Positions 8,907 through 19,293 of a stretch of DNA of 64,000 bases are shown piece by piece. Source of the stretch: Deltaproteobacteria bacterium (GTDB lineage: Bacteria > Desulfobacterota_D > UBA1144 > Nemesobacterales > CSP1-2); assembly GCA_052390235.1 (NCBI GenBank), contig JBQTHB010000002.1, forward strand, positions 480,001 through 544,000. Reading direction: 5' to 3'. Numbering within the stretch: position 1 is the stretch's first letter; every line of letters begins with the position of its first letter. The position numbers and the translations under genes were made by a program. The notes beneath the pieces were generated by a model, which saw only the letters and a list, made by a program, of their open reading frames with translations, had not been told where the DNA came from and made no database searches.

Positions 8907-8943
8907 AAAACCCCTCTTCCTCACCGGCGGAGGGGATTTTTTT
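8907..8943 (+). terminator. Rho-independent terminator
   Basis: CCCCTC...GAGGGG stem followed by T tract, preceded by A tract. Confidence 0.65.
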
Positions 8944-8978
8944 ATAGACGATACAAAAATTTTAAGGAGGTTTGGTTG

Positions 8979-10469
8979 ATGAAGCCGAAATTAATTTTAG
9001 GAATGGTTTTAGCATTAGTAATATCAATAGCTTTCCTCCAGTGCGGAGGAGAGGGCGGGAATAACCCCGACAACTGTTTCGACGGGATAGATAACGACGG
9101 CGACGGGCTTGTGGACTGTGCCGATTCCGACTGCGACGAGTTCTGTTCCGAAGGCGTGAATGGACCGTGCTTTGACTGTCTCGACAACGACGGCGACGGG
9201 TTAATTGACTGCGCCGACCCGGACTGCGTATCCTCCCCGGTGTGTAGCGGGAGCGAGAACTGCATTGATGATAAAGACAACAACGGAAACGGTCTAATAG
9301 ACTGCGACGACCCGCTTTGCAACACCAATATTTTCTGCGGCGGCGGGGAAAATAACGACGAAGACTGCGACGACGGGCGAGATAACGACAACGACGGCGC
9401 TATTGACTGCGTTGACCCAGACTGCACCGACACAGAGCCGTGCAGGGAAGGCGGCGAGGGCCCTTGCAACGACGGAATTGATAACGACGGCGACGGGCTT
9501 ACGGACTGCAACGACCCCGACTGCGTGGGTTCGATGTTCTGCGGCGGGCCTACTCCAACCCCTATGCCAACCCCTACTCCTACTGGCACGCCAACTCCAA
9601 CCCCAATGCCGGGAACTGAGAGCTGTGGCAACGGTATTGACGACGATGGCGACGGGGCTATTGACTGCGATGACCCCGACTGCGCGACCTCGCTGTTCTG
9701 CGAGGAAGGCGGCGAGGGCTCTTGCTTTGACGGAGCTGATAACGACGGCGACGGATTTATTGACTGCGCCGACCCCGATTGCACGGATTCGCCATTCTGC
9801 ACGGGAGGCGAGATGTGCGCTAACGGAATTGACGACGACGCCGATGGGCTTGTGGACTGCCTTGACCCGGACTGCAGAAATATAGCGCCTTGCAACGGAG
9901 CGACTCCAACGCCTATGCCGACCCCTACCGGCTCTCCGATGCCTACGCCTACGCCTGCTCCAACACCCACCCCTACACCTGAGAATTGCACAAACGGAAT
10001 GGACGACGATGGCGACGGGGCTATTGACTGCGACGACCCGAACTGCGCAGACTCGCTGTTCTGCGAGGAAGGCGGCGAGGGGCCATGCTTCGATGGCGTT
10101 GATAACGACGGCGACGGAGCTATTGACTGCGCCGACTCTGACTGTGACGATTCGCCCTTCTGCACGGGAGGCGAGATTTGTACTAACGGATTTGACGACG
10201 ACAACGATGCCTTAGTTGATTGCGCCGACCCGGACTGCAGAACCAACGCCGCCTGCGGAGGATCTGAAATCTGCGGAAACATGATTGACGACGATGGCGA
10301 CGGGCTAACGGATGCCGCCGACCCGGACTGCAGAGAAGGCGGGGCTGGCCCGTGTAACGACGGCGTTGATAACGATGGCGACGGTCTAGCTGACTTACTC
10401 GACCCCAATTGCTGTCTGCCTATGAATTTCCCTGTCGGGGTATGTATTAACCTAGGCGGGATATTGTAG
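8979..10469 (+). CDS. Cys/Asp-rich repeat lipoprotein 2 (13 repeats, two Pro/Thr linkers)
   Basis: AAGGAGG SD; paralog of 7839-8897 with near-identical N- and C-termini. Confidence 0.85.
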   Translation: MKPKLILGMVLALVISIAFLQCGGEGGNNPDNCFDGIDNDGDGLVDCADSDCDEFCSEGVNGPCFDCLDNDGDGLIDCADPDCVSSPVCSGSENCIDDKDNNGNGLIDCDDPLCNTNIFCGGGENNDEDCDDGRDNDNDGAIDCVDPDCTDTEPCREGGEGPCNDGIDNDGDGLTDCNDPDCVGSMFCGGPTPTPMPTPTPTGTPTPTPMPGTESCGNGIDDDGDGAIDCDDPDCATSLFCEEGGEGSCFDGADNDGDGFIDCADPDCTDSPFCTGGEMCANGIDDDADGLVDCLDPDCRNIAPCNGATPTPMPTPTGSPMPTPTPAPTPTPTPENCTNGMDDDGDGAIDCDDPNCADSLFCEEGGEGPCFDGVDNDGDGAIDCADSDCDDSPFCTGGEICTNGFDDDNDALVDCADPDCRTNAACGGSEICGNMIDDDGDGLTDAADPDCREGGAGPCNDGVDNDGDGLADLLDPNCCLPMNFPVGVCINLGGIL

Positions 10470-10499
10470 TATCCGAGATTGAAAATGAGTTTTGACGCG

Positions 10500-10542
10500 C
10501 CCTCCTCCTCCGCCGGCTATTCGGCAGGGGAGGGGGGTTTTT
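10500..10542 (+). terminator. Rho-independent terminator
   Basis: CCCTCCTCCTC-C-GCCG...CGGC-A-GGGGAGGGGGG stem then TTTTT. Confidence 0.65.
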
Positions 10543-10550
10543 ATATTTGC

Positions 10551-10580
10551 TTGACATTTATTTCTAAGAAACTGTAGAAT
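10551..10580 (+). promoter_or_regulatory. sigma70-type promoter for repeat lipoprotein 3
   Basis: TTGACA-18 nt-TAGAAT. Confidence 0.55.
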
Positions 10581-10611
10581 TGCCTGAAACTTACACAGGG
10601 GGTTTATTTCT

Positions 10612-11016
10612 ATGAAGCTAAAATACGGTATTTCGGCTCTTGTAGCGATGTTCTTGGTTTTGTCATTTCTCCAGTGCGGGAGCGGCGGAGGGGGCGGCGG
10701 ATTTGGCGAGGACTGCGACGACGGCGTTGACAACGACGGCGATATGGTAGTTGACTGCATGGATTCCGACTGTGCGGGCGACCCGAACTGCGTGGGGAAT
10801 CCCGCTGAGGACTGCGACGACGGCGTTGATAACGATATGGACGGAGACCTGGACTGCGCTGACGATGACTGCACAGGCGCTTTTGAGTGCGGAGAAGGCG
10901 GCGTTGGTTCTTGCTGCGACGGTCAGGACGACGACGGCGATGGGGCTGCCGACTGCATGGATTCCGACTGCACCGACCTCGTGCCGGCTTGCGTCTGCCT
11001 GGTTCTGCCGATTTAA
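10612..11016 (+). CDS. Cys/Asp-rich repeat lipoprotein 3 (3 repeats)
   Basis: Signal peptide ending FLQC, Gly linker, three CxDGxDxDxDxxxDCxDxDC units. Confidence 0.8.
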   Translation: MKLKYGISALVAMFLVLSFLQCGSGGGGGGFGEDCDDGVDNDGDMVVDCMDSDCAGDPNCVGNPAEDCDDGVDNDMDGDLDCADDDCTGAFECGEGGVGSCCDGQDDDGDGAADCMDSDCTDLVPACVCLVLPI

Positions 11017-11043
11017 TTTGACTGACAATTGCTGATTCATAAC

Positions 11044-11071
11044 GGGGAGGGGTGGGAATGCGCCTCTCCCC
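11044..11071. terminator. Hairpin between convergent repeat lipoprotein 3 and uvrA
   Basis: GGGGAGGGG...CCTCTCCCC inverted repeat. Confidence 0.5.
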
Positions 11072-11115
11072 TCCATATATATATGCCTGAGTGTTTTATA
11101 ACTAGCTACTAACCA

Positions 11116-13842
11116 CTAGCCACTAATCACTGCTTTTAAATATTTCCCCGTGTGTGTGTCCGATGTTGCGACCTCATCGGGCGTTCCTTCGGCGACGATG
11201 TATCCCCCCGCCTCGCCGCCCTCGGGCCCTAGGTCTATCACATAATCCGCCGAGCGTATAACCTCTAGGTTATGCTCGACTAGAATCACGCTGTTGCCCG
11301 CATCAATGAGTTTGTTCAGCGCCTCGAGCAGTTTGCTCACGTCTTCGGCGTGAAGCCCCACCGTTGGCTCATCTAAAATATAGAGAATATCGCAGCCGTC
11401 CTTGCGCGCAAGCTCCCGCGCCACTTTGATTCTCTGCGCCTCCCCGCCGGATAGAGTCGTCGCCGCCTGCCCCAATCTCAAATACCCAAGCCCAACGTCT
11501 CTCAGCGCTTTCAGCTTCTTCCTGAGCGCTGGGGATTCGCTGAAGAACTCCGACGCCTCGTCCACCGTGAGACTGAGCGCGTCGTCAATACTCCGCCCCT
11601 TGTATTTGACCTCCAGCGCTTCGGGCTTAAATCTCTTCCCGCCGCACTCCTCGCACGTTATGAAAACATCTGCCAGAAACTGCATCTCGATTTTCTGCCG
11701 CCCTTCCCCCTCGCACGCATCGCACCTTCCGCCGGGAACGTTGAACGAAAAATGGGATGGCGTCAGTTTCCTGTGCTTAGCGTCTCGGCTCTCAGCCATG
11801 AGTTTTCTAATGTCGTCATAAGCCTTGATGTACGTTACGGGGTTCGAGCGGGAGCTTCTGCCGATGGGCGATTGGTCTAGCATTACGGCATCGGATACGG
11901 CGGATGCGCCTCGGATTTCTCGGCAACTCCCGACGCGCTCGGCGTCTCCGTGGAGTTTGCGCGCCAGATTTGCGTACAGCGCCTCCTCAACGAGAGTGCT
12001 TTTGCCCGAGCCTGACACTCCTGTTACGCAGACTAGCGCGCCGAGGGGGAAGGAAACTGTGATGTTTTTAAGATTATTCTCGCAGGCTTCAACGACGGTG
12101 ATGGCGCGTTTGCCGATTTTTCTGCGCTTCGCCTGGGGGTATGCGCCGCTTTTCTCTTCGATGCGCCGCTTAGTGGCGGATTCGATGGGTTGCCCGGTGA
12201 ATTCCTCAATCGTGCCTTGAAATACTAAATCGCCTCCCCCTTCGCCCGCCTTTGGGCCCAGCTCAATCAGATAATCTGCCGCCCGTATCATCTCAAAATC
12301 ATGCTCGACTACGACAACGGTGTTTCCCCTCCCCTGGAGTTCTTTGATTATCCCGACGAGACGGCTTATGTCCCTTGCGTGAAGCCCTATGGACGGCTCA
12401 TCCATAATGTAAAGCGTGTCGGTGAGGCTACCGCCTAGCTGACAGGCGAGGCTCACCCTCTGCGCCTCTCCGCCCGATAGGGTCTTTGTCAGGCGCGAGA
12501 GCGTAACGTACCCAAGTCCTACTTTGACCAGGAAATCCGCCCTTGATACTATCTGCTTGAGAACCTCCCCTGCAATTCCCGAATCGGAGGCGCCGAGCTT
12601 GAGGGTATCCAAAAATTCTCTGAACTGCGCCGCCGCAATACCGCAAAGCTCGTATATGTTCCTCCCGCCGACCCTTACCCTCAGGGCTTCGGGTTTTAAT
12701 CTGCTTCCCCGGCACTCATGGCACGTTACAGCCGAGCGGTATTTGCTGAGGAAAACCCTCACGTGCATCTTGTAGCTCTTCTCTTCTAGGTATTTAAAAA
12801 CCCCTCGAACCCCTGGAAAGCCGCCGCTTCCGCCGAATATCAGCTCTTTCGATCTCTGCGGGAGGGATTTAAACGGGGCTTTGACGTCAATTCCGCTCTT
12901 CTCGGCAAATTTGAGCATCTGCTTCTTTTCATATTTTAGCGACGGTTTCTCGAACGGCTCAATCGCGCCTTCGGACAGGCTCAAATCCCCATTTGGGGCG
13001 ATGAGCGACGGGTCAATTTCGAGCCTGTTGCCAAAGCCCCTGCACTCGGCGCACGCCCCTTCCGGGCTATTGAAGGAGAATAGGAGAGGGGTCGGTTCGC
13101 TGCACTCAACGCCGCAGTACAGGCACTCGAGGTCTCGCGAGAATCTGAGCGCCCCGCCGCCAACTATCCGCGCATTGACGCGCCTGCTCTCCTGCATTGC
13201 CGCCTCAAGCGAATCGGTGATTCTCGACTGCCCCCCCTCTTTGATTTGTACCCTGTCAACGACGACTTCAGCCCCTTCGGGAATATCGGTTATTGTTTCA
13301 ATTTCGACCGTCTCGCCGCCTGAGTAAATCCTCGCAAACCCCCTTTGCAGCAGCCCCTTTGGGGACGCGCCGGCAGGAGCGGGATAGGTGATGTAAGCCC
13401 TTTCGCCCGCGTGTCCTCGGATAAGCTCGTGGGCGATGTTCTCGGGATTGCGCCGCGTGATTTCTCTGTCGCATCTGGGGCAGTGGATTTTGCCGATTTT
13501 GGCGAATAAAAGCCTTAGATAATCGTAAATTTCGGTAGTCGTGCCGACGGTGGAGCGGGAGTTTTTCACATGATTTCCGCGCTCGATGGCTATAACCGGC
13601 GGAAGCCCCGTGATGTCGTCCATATCGGGGCGGTCAACCCTCTCTAAGAACTGCCTCGCATATGTTGACAGGCACTCGACGTATCTCCTGATGCCCTCGG
13701 CGTAAATCGTATCGAGCGCGAGCGAGGATTTGCCGGAGCCGCTTAGCCCGGTGATTACGGTGAATTTATGCCGGGGAATTGAGACGGAGATGTTTTTGAG
13801 GTTGTTTTCCCTTGCTCCGAGAACTCTAATTCTGTGGTTCAT
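11116..13842 (-). CDS. uvrA: Excinuclease ABC subunit A family protein (possibly a second UvrA paralog)
   Basis: Two ABC cassettes ([24 protein letters not shown] twice), Zn fingers CPRC, CAECRG, CDACEG, CEECGG. Confidence 0.92.
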   Translation of the reverse strand: MNHRIRVLGARENNLKNISVSIPRHKFTVITGLSGSGKSSLALDTIYAEGIRRYVECLSTYARQFLERVDRPDMDDITGLPPVIAIERGNHVKNSRSTVGTTTEIYDYLRLLFAKIGKIHCPRCDREITRRNPENIAHELIRGHAGERAYITYPAPAGASPKGLLQRGFARIYSGGETVEIETITDIPEGAEVVVDRVQIKEGGQSRITDSLEAAMQESRRVNARIVGGGALRFSRDLECLYCGVECSEPTPLLFSFNSPEGACAECRGFGNRLEIDPSLIAPNGDLSLSEGAIEPFEKPSLKYEKKQMLKFAEKSGIDVKAPFKSLPQRSKELIFGGSGGFPGVRGVFKYLEEKSYKMHVRVFLSKYRSAVTCHECRGSRLKPEALRVRVGGRNIYELCGIAAAQFREFLDTLKLGASDSGIAGEVLKQIVSRADFLVKVGLGYVTLSRLTKTLSGGEAQRVSLACQLGGSLTDTLYIMDEPSIGLHARDISRLVGIIKELQGRGNTVVVVEHDFEMIRAADYLIELGPKAGEGGGDLVFQGTIEEFTGQPIESATKRRIEEKSGAYPQAKRRKIGKRAITVVEACENNLKNITVSFPLGALVCVTGVSGSGKSTLVEEALYANLARKLHGDAERVGSCREIRGASAVSDAVMLDQSPIGRSSRSNPVTYIKAYDDIRKLMAESRDAKHRKLTPSHFSFNVPGGRCDACEGEGRQKIEMQFLADVFITCEECGGKRFKPEALEVKYKGRSIDDALSLTVDEASEFFSESPALRKKLKALRDVGLGYLRLGQAATTLSGGEAQRIKVARELARKDGCDILYILDEPTVGLHAEDVSKLLEALNKLIDAGNSVILVEHNLEVIRSADYVIDLGPEGGEAGGYIVAEGTPDEVATSDTHTGKYLKAVISG

Positions 13843-13970
13843 TTGATGGAAATTGTCGCCGCGAACTGGCGCGAAGAAAAAACTCCTCTATCTAAGTATA
13901 TAAAGAGCGACTCTGCTGATAATTTATAATCCCCCATTGGCGATTAACCCCGCCGCCGCACAGCCGAGCC

Positions 13971-15335
13971 TCAGACCTTGTGCCTACTCTCTCGGAATAT
14001 GAATTTTAGCGGCGTGCCGTCCAATTTAAACTCTTCGCGGAACTTATTTTCGAGAAACCTCTTGTAGTTCTCCGGTATTCCGTTGATTCGGTTTGTGAAC
14101 ACTACAAAGGTCGGCGGCTTCGTCATGGGCTGAGTGATGTAATAGAATTTTATCACGCTCCCCTTGAAGACGGGCGGGGGGTTGTGCCGGAGTATTTCTT
14201 TGAGCAGGTCATTGAGGACTCTCGTCGGGATTTTGGACGCATAGTTTTTATACGCCGCATCTATCGCCCCGAAGAGTTTATCCACCCTCCTGCCCGTGAG
14301 CGCCGAGACCAGCAGAACCGACGCAAAGTCAACTTCCTTGAGTCCTCCCCTTGCAATATCCTCGATGCCGGGGGTTTCGGCGACCTCTTGCGGCACTAAA
14401 TCCCATTTGTTGAGCAGGATGACGCATCCTTTGTTCTTCTTGCGTATCATCTCGGCCAGATGCCCGTCCTGATGAGTGGGCCCATCCTGCGCATCGAGCA
14501 TGAACACGGCAACGTCCGCCCGCTCGATGCTCTTTATAGTGCGAAGCACGCTGTACTGCTCCACGGAAAAAGTAACCTTGGGCTTCCGTCTCATCCCCGC
14601 TGTGTCAATGAATATGTAACGCCTGCCGTCTCTTTGAACCAGCGTGTCAACGGCGTCTCTGGTCGTGCCGGGAAGCGGGCTTGTGAGGAGCCTGTCTTCG
14701 CCGAGAATTTTATTGATAAGCGTGGATTTGCCCACGTTGGGCTTTCCCACGACGGCGACTCGTATCGTCCCCTCCTCGTCATCAGGCTCAATTTCGATCT
14801 CGCCCATGGGGAGTCTCTCGACTACGGCGTCCAGGAGTTCGTCTAAATTTCTGCCCTGGCCCGCGGAGACGTTGATAAAATCCTCGATTCCTATGGAATG
14901 AAACTCTAGCGCGCGGACTTCGTGGGACTCGTGGTCAATTTTATTTACGGCATAGACCACGGGTTTATCAATTTTTCTAAGAGCCTCGAGAACCTCGGTG
15001 TCCTGCGGCATCACGCCCGTTTTCCCGTCTAGGACGAACACTATGACGTCGGCTTCGTCAATTGCCGTCTCGACCTGCTTTTTTATCAGCGAGAGGTAAA
15101 AATCGTCCGTAGCCGGGTCTAAGCCGCCCGTGTCAACTACGGTGAATTTTATCCCTCCCCACTCGGCGTCTCCGTAGAGGCGGTCTCTCGTTACGCCGGG
15201 GATGTCCTCAACAATGGATTTATTCCAGCCGAGGATTCTGTTAAACAGCGTGGATTTGCCGACGTTCGGTCTGCCGACGATAGCGACTATCGGCTTTTTC
15301 TCGGATACTTTCTCTTGAGTCTCGCTTATTGTCAT
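13971..15335 (-). CDS. der: Ribosome biogenesis GTPase Der
   Basis: Two tandem G domains (GRPNVGKS, GKPNVGKS) and KH-like C-terminus; start MTISETQ. Confidence 0.96.
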   Translation of the reverse strand: MTISETQEKVSEKKPIVAIVGRPNVGKSTLFNRILGWNKSIVEDIPGVTRDRLYGDAEWGGIKFTVVDTGGLDPATDDFYLSLIKKQVETAIDEADVIVFVLDGKTGVMPQDTEVLEALRKIDKPVVYAVNKIDHESHEVRALEFHSIGIEDFINVSAGQGRNLDELLDAVVERLPMGEIEIEPDDEEGTIRVAVVGKPNVGKSTLINKILGEDRLLTSPLPGTTRDAVDTLVQRDGRRYIFIDTAGMRRKPKVTFSVEQYSVLRTIKSIERADVAVFMLDAQDGPTHQDGHLAEMIRKKNKGCVILLNKWDLVPQEVAETPGIEDIARGGLKEVDFASVLLVSALTGRRVDKLFGAIDAAYKNYASKIPTRVLNDLLKEILRHNPPPVFKGSVIKFYYITQPMTKPPTFVVFTNRINGIPENYKRFLENKFREEFKLDGTPLKFIFRESRHKV

Positions 15336-15429
15336 CGGCTGAATGATACCATACATTGCGCGGCAGGTCATGAGCTGGTTCGCGGCTATCCCAATCCCGC
15401 ATTCGGCGTCGTGTTATAATAGCCCGCTC

Positions 15430-15912
15430 ATGAAAATACAGATTCTCGATAAATACGGATACGCAGACGCCCTGCGAAAGAGAGCGCTAAGGACTCAAAT
15501 CAGGCTCATCTTAAAGCGGCTGGGATTGCCCGCGAAAACTGAACTCTCGCTCACATTCGTTGGGGATGGCGAAATCCGGGCGCTCAATCGGGATTACCGA
15601 GCCATTGACAGGGCAACCGACGTGCTGTCGTTTGGGCAGTATGAGCCGGAGGGGATAAAAGGGGGCGCGCTGATTGCCGCTATTGCTATATTGATTGACG
15701 AAGATGCAAGCGATGCTCTCGCCCTCGGAGACATCGTCATCTCAATTGACACCGCCGCCAGACACGCTGTCAAATACGGGAACACGCTCGACGGCGAAAT
15801 TCTAAAACTCATTATTCACGCCGCGCTCCATCTGCTAGGTTACGACCACAAGACAAAAACCGATGCCGAGGCGATGAGGGCGAAGGAGCGGGAGATTGGC
15901 GGAGGTTGTTGA
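15430..15912 (+). CDS. ybeY: rRNA maturation RNase YbeY
   Basis: LNRDYR..DRATDVLSF, LGDIVIS, HAALHLLGYDH. Confidence 0.93.
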   Translation: MKIQILDKYGYADALRKRALRTQIRLILKRLGLPAKTELSLTFVGDGEIRALNRDYRAIDRATDVLSFGQYEPEGIKGGALIAAIAILIDEDASDALALGDIVISIDTAARHAVKYGNTLDGEILKLIIHAALHLLGYDHKTKTDAEAMRAKEREIGGGC

Positions 15913-16073
15913 GGGGGAGAAGAGACAATAGAGGATTAACACCTCTAAATTTTTCAGAACTCTAACTATTTAATATTTGAAATAGAGTTTTACAACATCT
16001 TACCAGTTACACCCACCTAAGAAATACGCACTATAATTACCCCCAAATACTTTAATGGGGATTACCAAACTAA

Positions 16074-18686
16074 ATGACTGAATTAACTCGTGAGCAGAAA
16101 GAAGCAGTTTTTCATTCGGAAGGTTCGGCTTGTGTGATAGCAGGCGCAGGAACTGGAAAAACAACTACTCTTGCAGAACGAATTTCACACCTAGTCAATT
16201 CTTGCAATATTGAACCAAGCAGAATTATCGTTACAACCTTTACGCGTAAAGCGACAGCTGAACTTTACGATAGAACATTCAGGCTACTTAATAAGACAGC
16301 TTATCAACTGAAAATATCAACTATTGACAGTTTGGTATTGGATTTTGCACGACAGGCAATGGATCAAGGTTTGATACGGACTGCGCGATTAATATCAGAA
16401 CCTCAGCAACGAGTTCTCTTGCTATATTCCTCTTGGGAGTTATTTGGCAAGGAATATCCACAATACGCATGGACTGAAAATATTGGTAAAGCAAAGATTG
16501 TTGATTTGTTACAAAAGTGTATTTGTGCAGAATCGGAGAACACGGAGCAAAGAGATAATATACTTTCCTGTGTCGAACAACAATTGTCGGGTCTAAAAGA
16601 CAAGAAGTTTAGACAATTTACTATTTTTTGGATACCTACCCTTGAAGAATTAAAACAAATTGCTGAGAAATATTATGAAAAACTGAAAGAGCTTGGGGCA
16701 ATTGATTCTGATCTACTTACCGCAGAATTTCTACGCTGCCTAAAATCTAACGAGAAGTTTACCGAAGAACTTGCATCCCAAGCCGATGCTATCTTGGTTG
16801 ATGAATTTCAAGACACAAATCGTATTCAAGCTGAAATACTTCTTTTACTGTCGGGAAAGCATCGCAACATCTGGGTCGTCGGAGACCAATGTCAGCAAAT
16901 ATATGAATGGCGCGGAGCCGGCAAAGATAATCTCGATTGGTTTATTAATAAAACAAAGGCTAAGACGTACCATTTGACGGAGAATTGGCGATCGACGCAG
17001 AGAATTCTGGATGTCTGTTATGATTTTCTTTCTTCTCAAGTTCCAGATCTAAAGACAGCAGAAATGTTAAAACGTTTGAATTCAATGAGAGATAAACGGG
17101 ATCAAGTATCAAGTCTCGATCAACGTCATCCCGTTTATACTGGAACACTGAAGAAGGGGTTATCTTTGATTTGCCAGCTATTAAAATACAACCCTGATAT
17201 TAAGCCAAGCGATATAGCTATACTTTCATCGGCATTAGATAAACAAACGGTAGAAAGCATTGAATCCAGCGCCACAAAAGTAGGATTAAAAGTACAATTT
17301 CACTCATCCCGTGCGGATCGGGCAATGGAGAGCACAATTGGCCAACCTCCACATTTTTGGAAAGCCGGGAAAGTTTTAGAACAGTTTTACAATGATCCTA
17401 GGATAAAAACCACAATTTCCCTCTCACTTAATACAAGCGATTTTAGCCATCTTAGGACAATTCGTCCTATTGCTATTGTCGCAGAAACGTTGGACAGCAC
17501 GTTGCCGTTGGATACTTTTTCTTTCGCTGACGCTTGGAATGTGCTGAAGAAAACTCAAGAGCGTGAAATTTTTGTCTCTAATGCCGTATCTGCTAACCCG
17601 GATTCTATTCAGGTCATGACTATTCATGCCGCGAAAGGGCTAGAATTTCCTATCGTTTTGCTGATGAAACTCGGAAAATCATTTCCAAATCTAAAAGATT
17701 CGGAATCCTGCCGACTTGCTTATGTAGGCGGGACGAGAGCAAAGGACATATTAATTTTGATTCATACAGAAGAAAAACCAACGCAAACATTGGATGCATT
17801 TGGCAAAGATCCTGTTTCTATCCAACGAGACAGAATAGTTACGAACCAAAAGGTTGAAGTCCCTAAGATAAATCATTCGATGCCTGTAATAGGGGCGAGC
17901 AATCTCGATCTCTATGAGCAGTGTCCTCTAAAATTTGCGGCTTATCATGAGGGACGGTATCTACCTAACTGGAGTATTAGCCAAAGTGTTGGATCAAGAA
18001 TGCATAAAGCTCTAGAATATTATCTTCGCGCAGGAATGCCAACAGACGAATCCTCGATAAATGATTGCTTCGATAGAGGTTATCGTAACGGTGATTCTCC
18101 AATTCGGATACTGAAGGAAGAAAAGGTAGCTGAAATGAAACAGAATTATCAAAAAGTTGTCCAATTGATATCCAAGACTACAAAAAAAGTAATTGCCGTT
18201 GAACAAAAATACAGATATTTTCGTGCGCAAGAAGGGCAGATAGATGGAGCAGTTGATGCTATCGTGGAACGTCGAGATGGAGCGATTGTTTTAAAAGAAT
18301 GGAAAACTATTAAGGAGATTAAATCAAGTAATCAGCAAAAATACACACTGCAAGCTGGTTCAGGCGCATTAGGAATTATAGCTCAACAAACTCACCCCCC
18401 TATTCAATTAATTGAGATAGTGCCTGTATTAAATCCTACCGATACAATATCTCTATCTGTTGATAGCGCATTCGTTGACAAAATAAATAAAGAACTTGAT
18501 GAAGTTTTTCAGTCGCTACAAAACAAAAATTACGAACCTCACAAAAGCGAAGATAATTGTAAATCATGCGAGCTAAAGAGATATTGTCCTGCTTGGCAAA
18601 AAAAAGTTAAGAAAAAGCCAGCTTTGTCAGATTATTTAATTTCAATAAATAGACGGACTATTCATAAGAAAAGAGTACAGCTGTAA
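16074..18686 (+). CDS. UvrD/SF1 helicase fused to C-terminal PD-(D/E)XK nuclease with four-Cys Fe-S motif
   Basis: AGAGTGKT, VDEFQD, VGDQCQQIYEWRGA, TIHAAKGLEF, YVGGTRAK; nuclease EQCP...GAVD..LKEWKT...CKSCELKRYC; visibly AT-rich. Confidence 0.88.
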   Translation: MTELTREQKEAVFHSEGSACVIAGAGTGKTTTLAERISHLVNSCNIEPSRIIVTTFTRKATAELYDRTFRLLNKTAYQLKISTIDSLVLDFARQAMDQGLIRTARLISEPQQRVLLLYSSWELFGKEYPQYAWTENIGKAKIVDLLQKCICAESENTEQRDNILSCVEQQLSGLKDKKFRQFTIFWIPTLEELKQIAEKYYEKLKELGAIDSDLLTAEFLRCLKSNEKFTEELASQADAILVDEFQDTNRIQAEILLLLSGKHRNIWVVGDQCQQIYEWRGAGKDNLDWFINKTKAKTYHLTENWRSTQRILDVCYDFLSSQVPDLKTAEMLKRLNSMRDKRDQVSSLDQRHPVYTGTLKKGLSLICQLLKYNPDIKPSDIAILSSALDKQTVESIESSATKVGLKVQFHSSRADRAMESTIGQPPHFWKAGKVLEQFYNDPRIKTTISLSLNTSDFSHLRTIRPIAIVAETLDSTLPLDTFSFADAWNVLKKTQEREIFVSNAVSANPDSIQVMTIHAAKGLEFPIVLLMKLGKSFPNLKDSESCRLAYVGGTRAKDILILIHTEEKPTQTLDAFGKDPVSIQRDRIVTNQKVEVPKINHSMPVIGASNLDLYEQCPLKFAAYHEGRYLPNWSISQSVGSRMHKALEYYLRAGMPTDESSINDCFDRGYRNGDSPIRILKEEKVAEMKQNYQKVVQLISKTTKKVIAVEQKYRYFRAQEGQIDGAVDAIVERRDGAIVLKEWKTIKEIKSSNQQKYTLQAGSGALGIIAQQTHPPIQLIEIVPVLNPTDTISLSVDSAFVDKINKELDEVFQSLQNKNYEPHKSEDNCKSCELKRYCPAWQKKVKKKPALSDYLISINRRTIHKKRVQL

Positions 18687-18738
18687 AATATGAAACAAAA
18701 ATTTGGTAAGTATAAAAATTATATGGCTATTGGATGTT

Positions 18739-19293
18739 CTACTCGCGCTTCCTCTCAATCCCCCGCTCAATTTCTTCGATTTCCCTGAGCGTTGGGAGGT
18801 CTGCGAGGGTGTCAATTCCAAACACTTCGAGGAATTCTGGAGTTGTGCTGTAGAGAAAGGGTTTGCCTATAACGTCCCGTCTGCCTTTGATGTGAATTAG
18901 CCTCTTTTCCATGAGCGCCCCCACAACGCCGGATGAGTCAACCCCCCGAATGTGGTCAATTTCGATTCTCGTAATGGGCTGTCTATACGCCACTATGGAT
19001 AAGACCTCAACCGCCGCTCTGCCGAGTCGAAAGGGCTTTGCCTGTCTGAGCTTTAATACCGCCTCGGCGAAATCGGGCAGGGTTCTAAATTGGAATCCCC
19101 CGGCGGCGCGAACGAGCCTAAACCCGCGCCCTAGCCCTTCCCACTCAGCCACTAGTTCCCAAAGGCGCTGCTCGATGTCATCCCTCGATGCCCCGTCTAA
19201 CGCCCTTGCTATCCCATCTGCGGCAACGGGCTTGTCGGATGCAAAAACCAGGGCCTCTATTGCGCGTTTGAGCTTTTCTCCATCGTCGTCCAA
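18739..19293 (-). CDS. scpB: SMC-Scp complex subunit ScpB
   Basis: IEALVFAS, EVLSIVAYRQPITRIEIDHIRGV, TTPEFLEVFG. Confidence 0.95.
   Translation of the reverse strand: MDDDGEKLKRAIEALVFASDKPVAADGIARALDGASRDDIEQRLWELVAEWEGLGRGFRLVRAAGGFQFRTLPDFAEAVLKLRQAKPFRLGRAAVEVLSIVAYRQPITRIEIDHIRGVDSSGVVGALMEKRLIHIKGRRDVIGKPFLYSTTPEFLEVFGIDTLADLPTLREIEEIERGIERKRE

Noticed and set aside
7808..10408. Long Ser/Pro-rich antisense ORFs (342 aa and 488 aa) opposite the repeat lipoproteins
   Set aside because: Shadow frames produced by GAC/GGC/TGC-biased repeats; the plus strand has the SD, signal peptides and terminators
7930..11000. Periodic GACAACGACGGCGACGG repeats as a possible CRISPR array or DGR template/variable repeats
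   Set aside because: Repeats are in-frame, vary at synonymous positions and are not adenine-specific; no cas or reverse transcriptase gene nearby
11100..11131. Heptamer repeats (tactaac/cactagc/cactaat) at the uvrA 3' end
   Set aside because: Short degenerate simple repeats with no evidence of function
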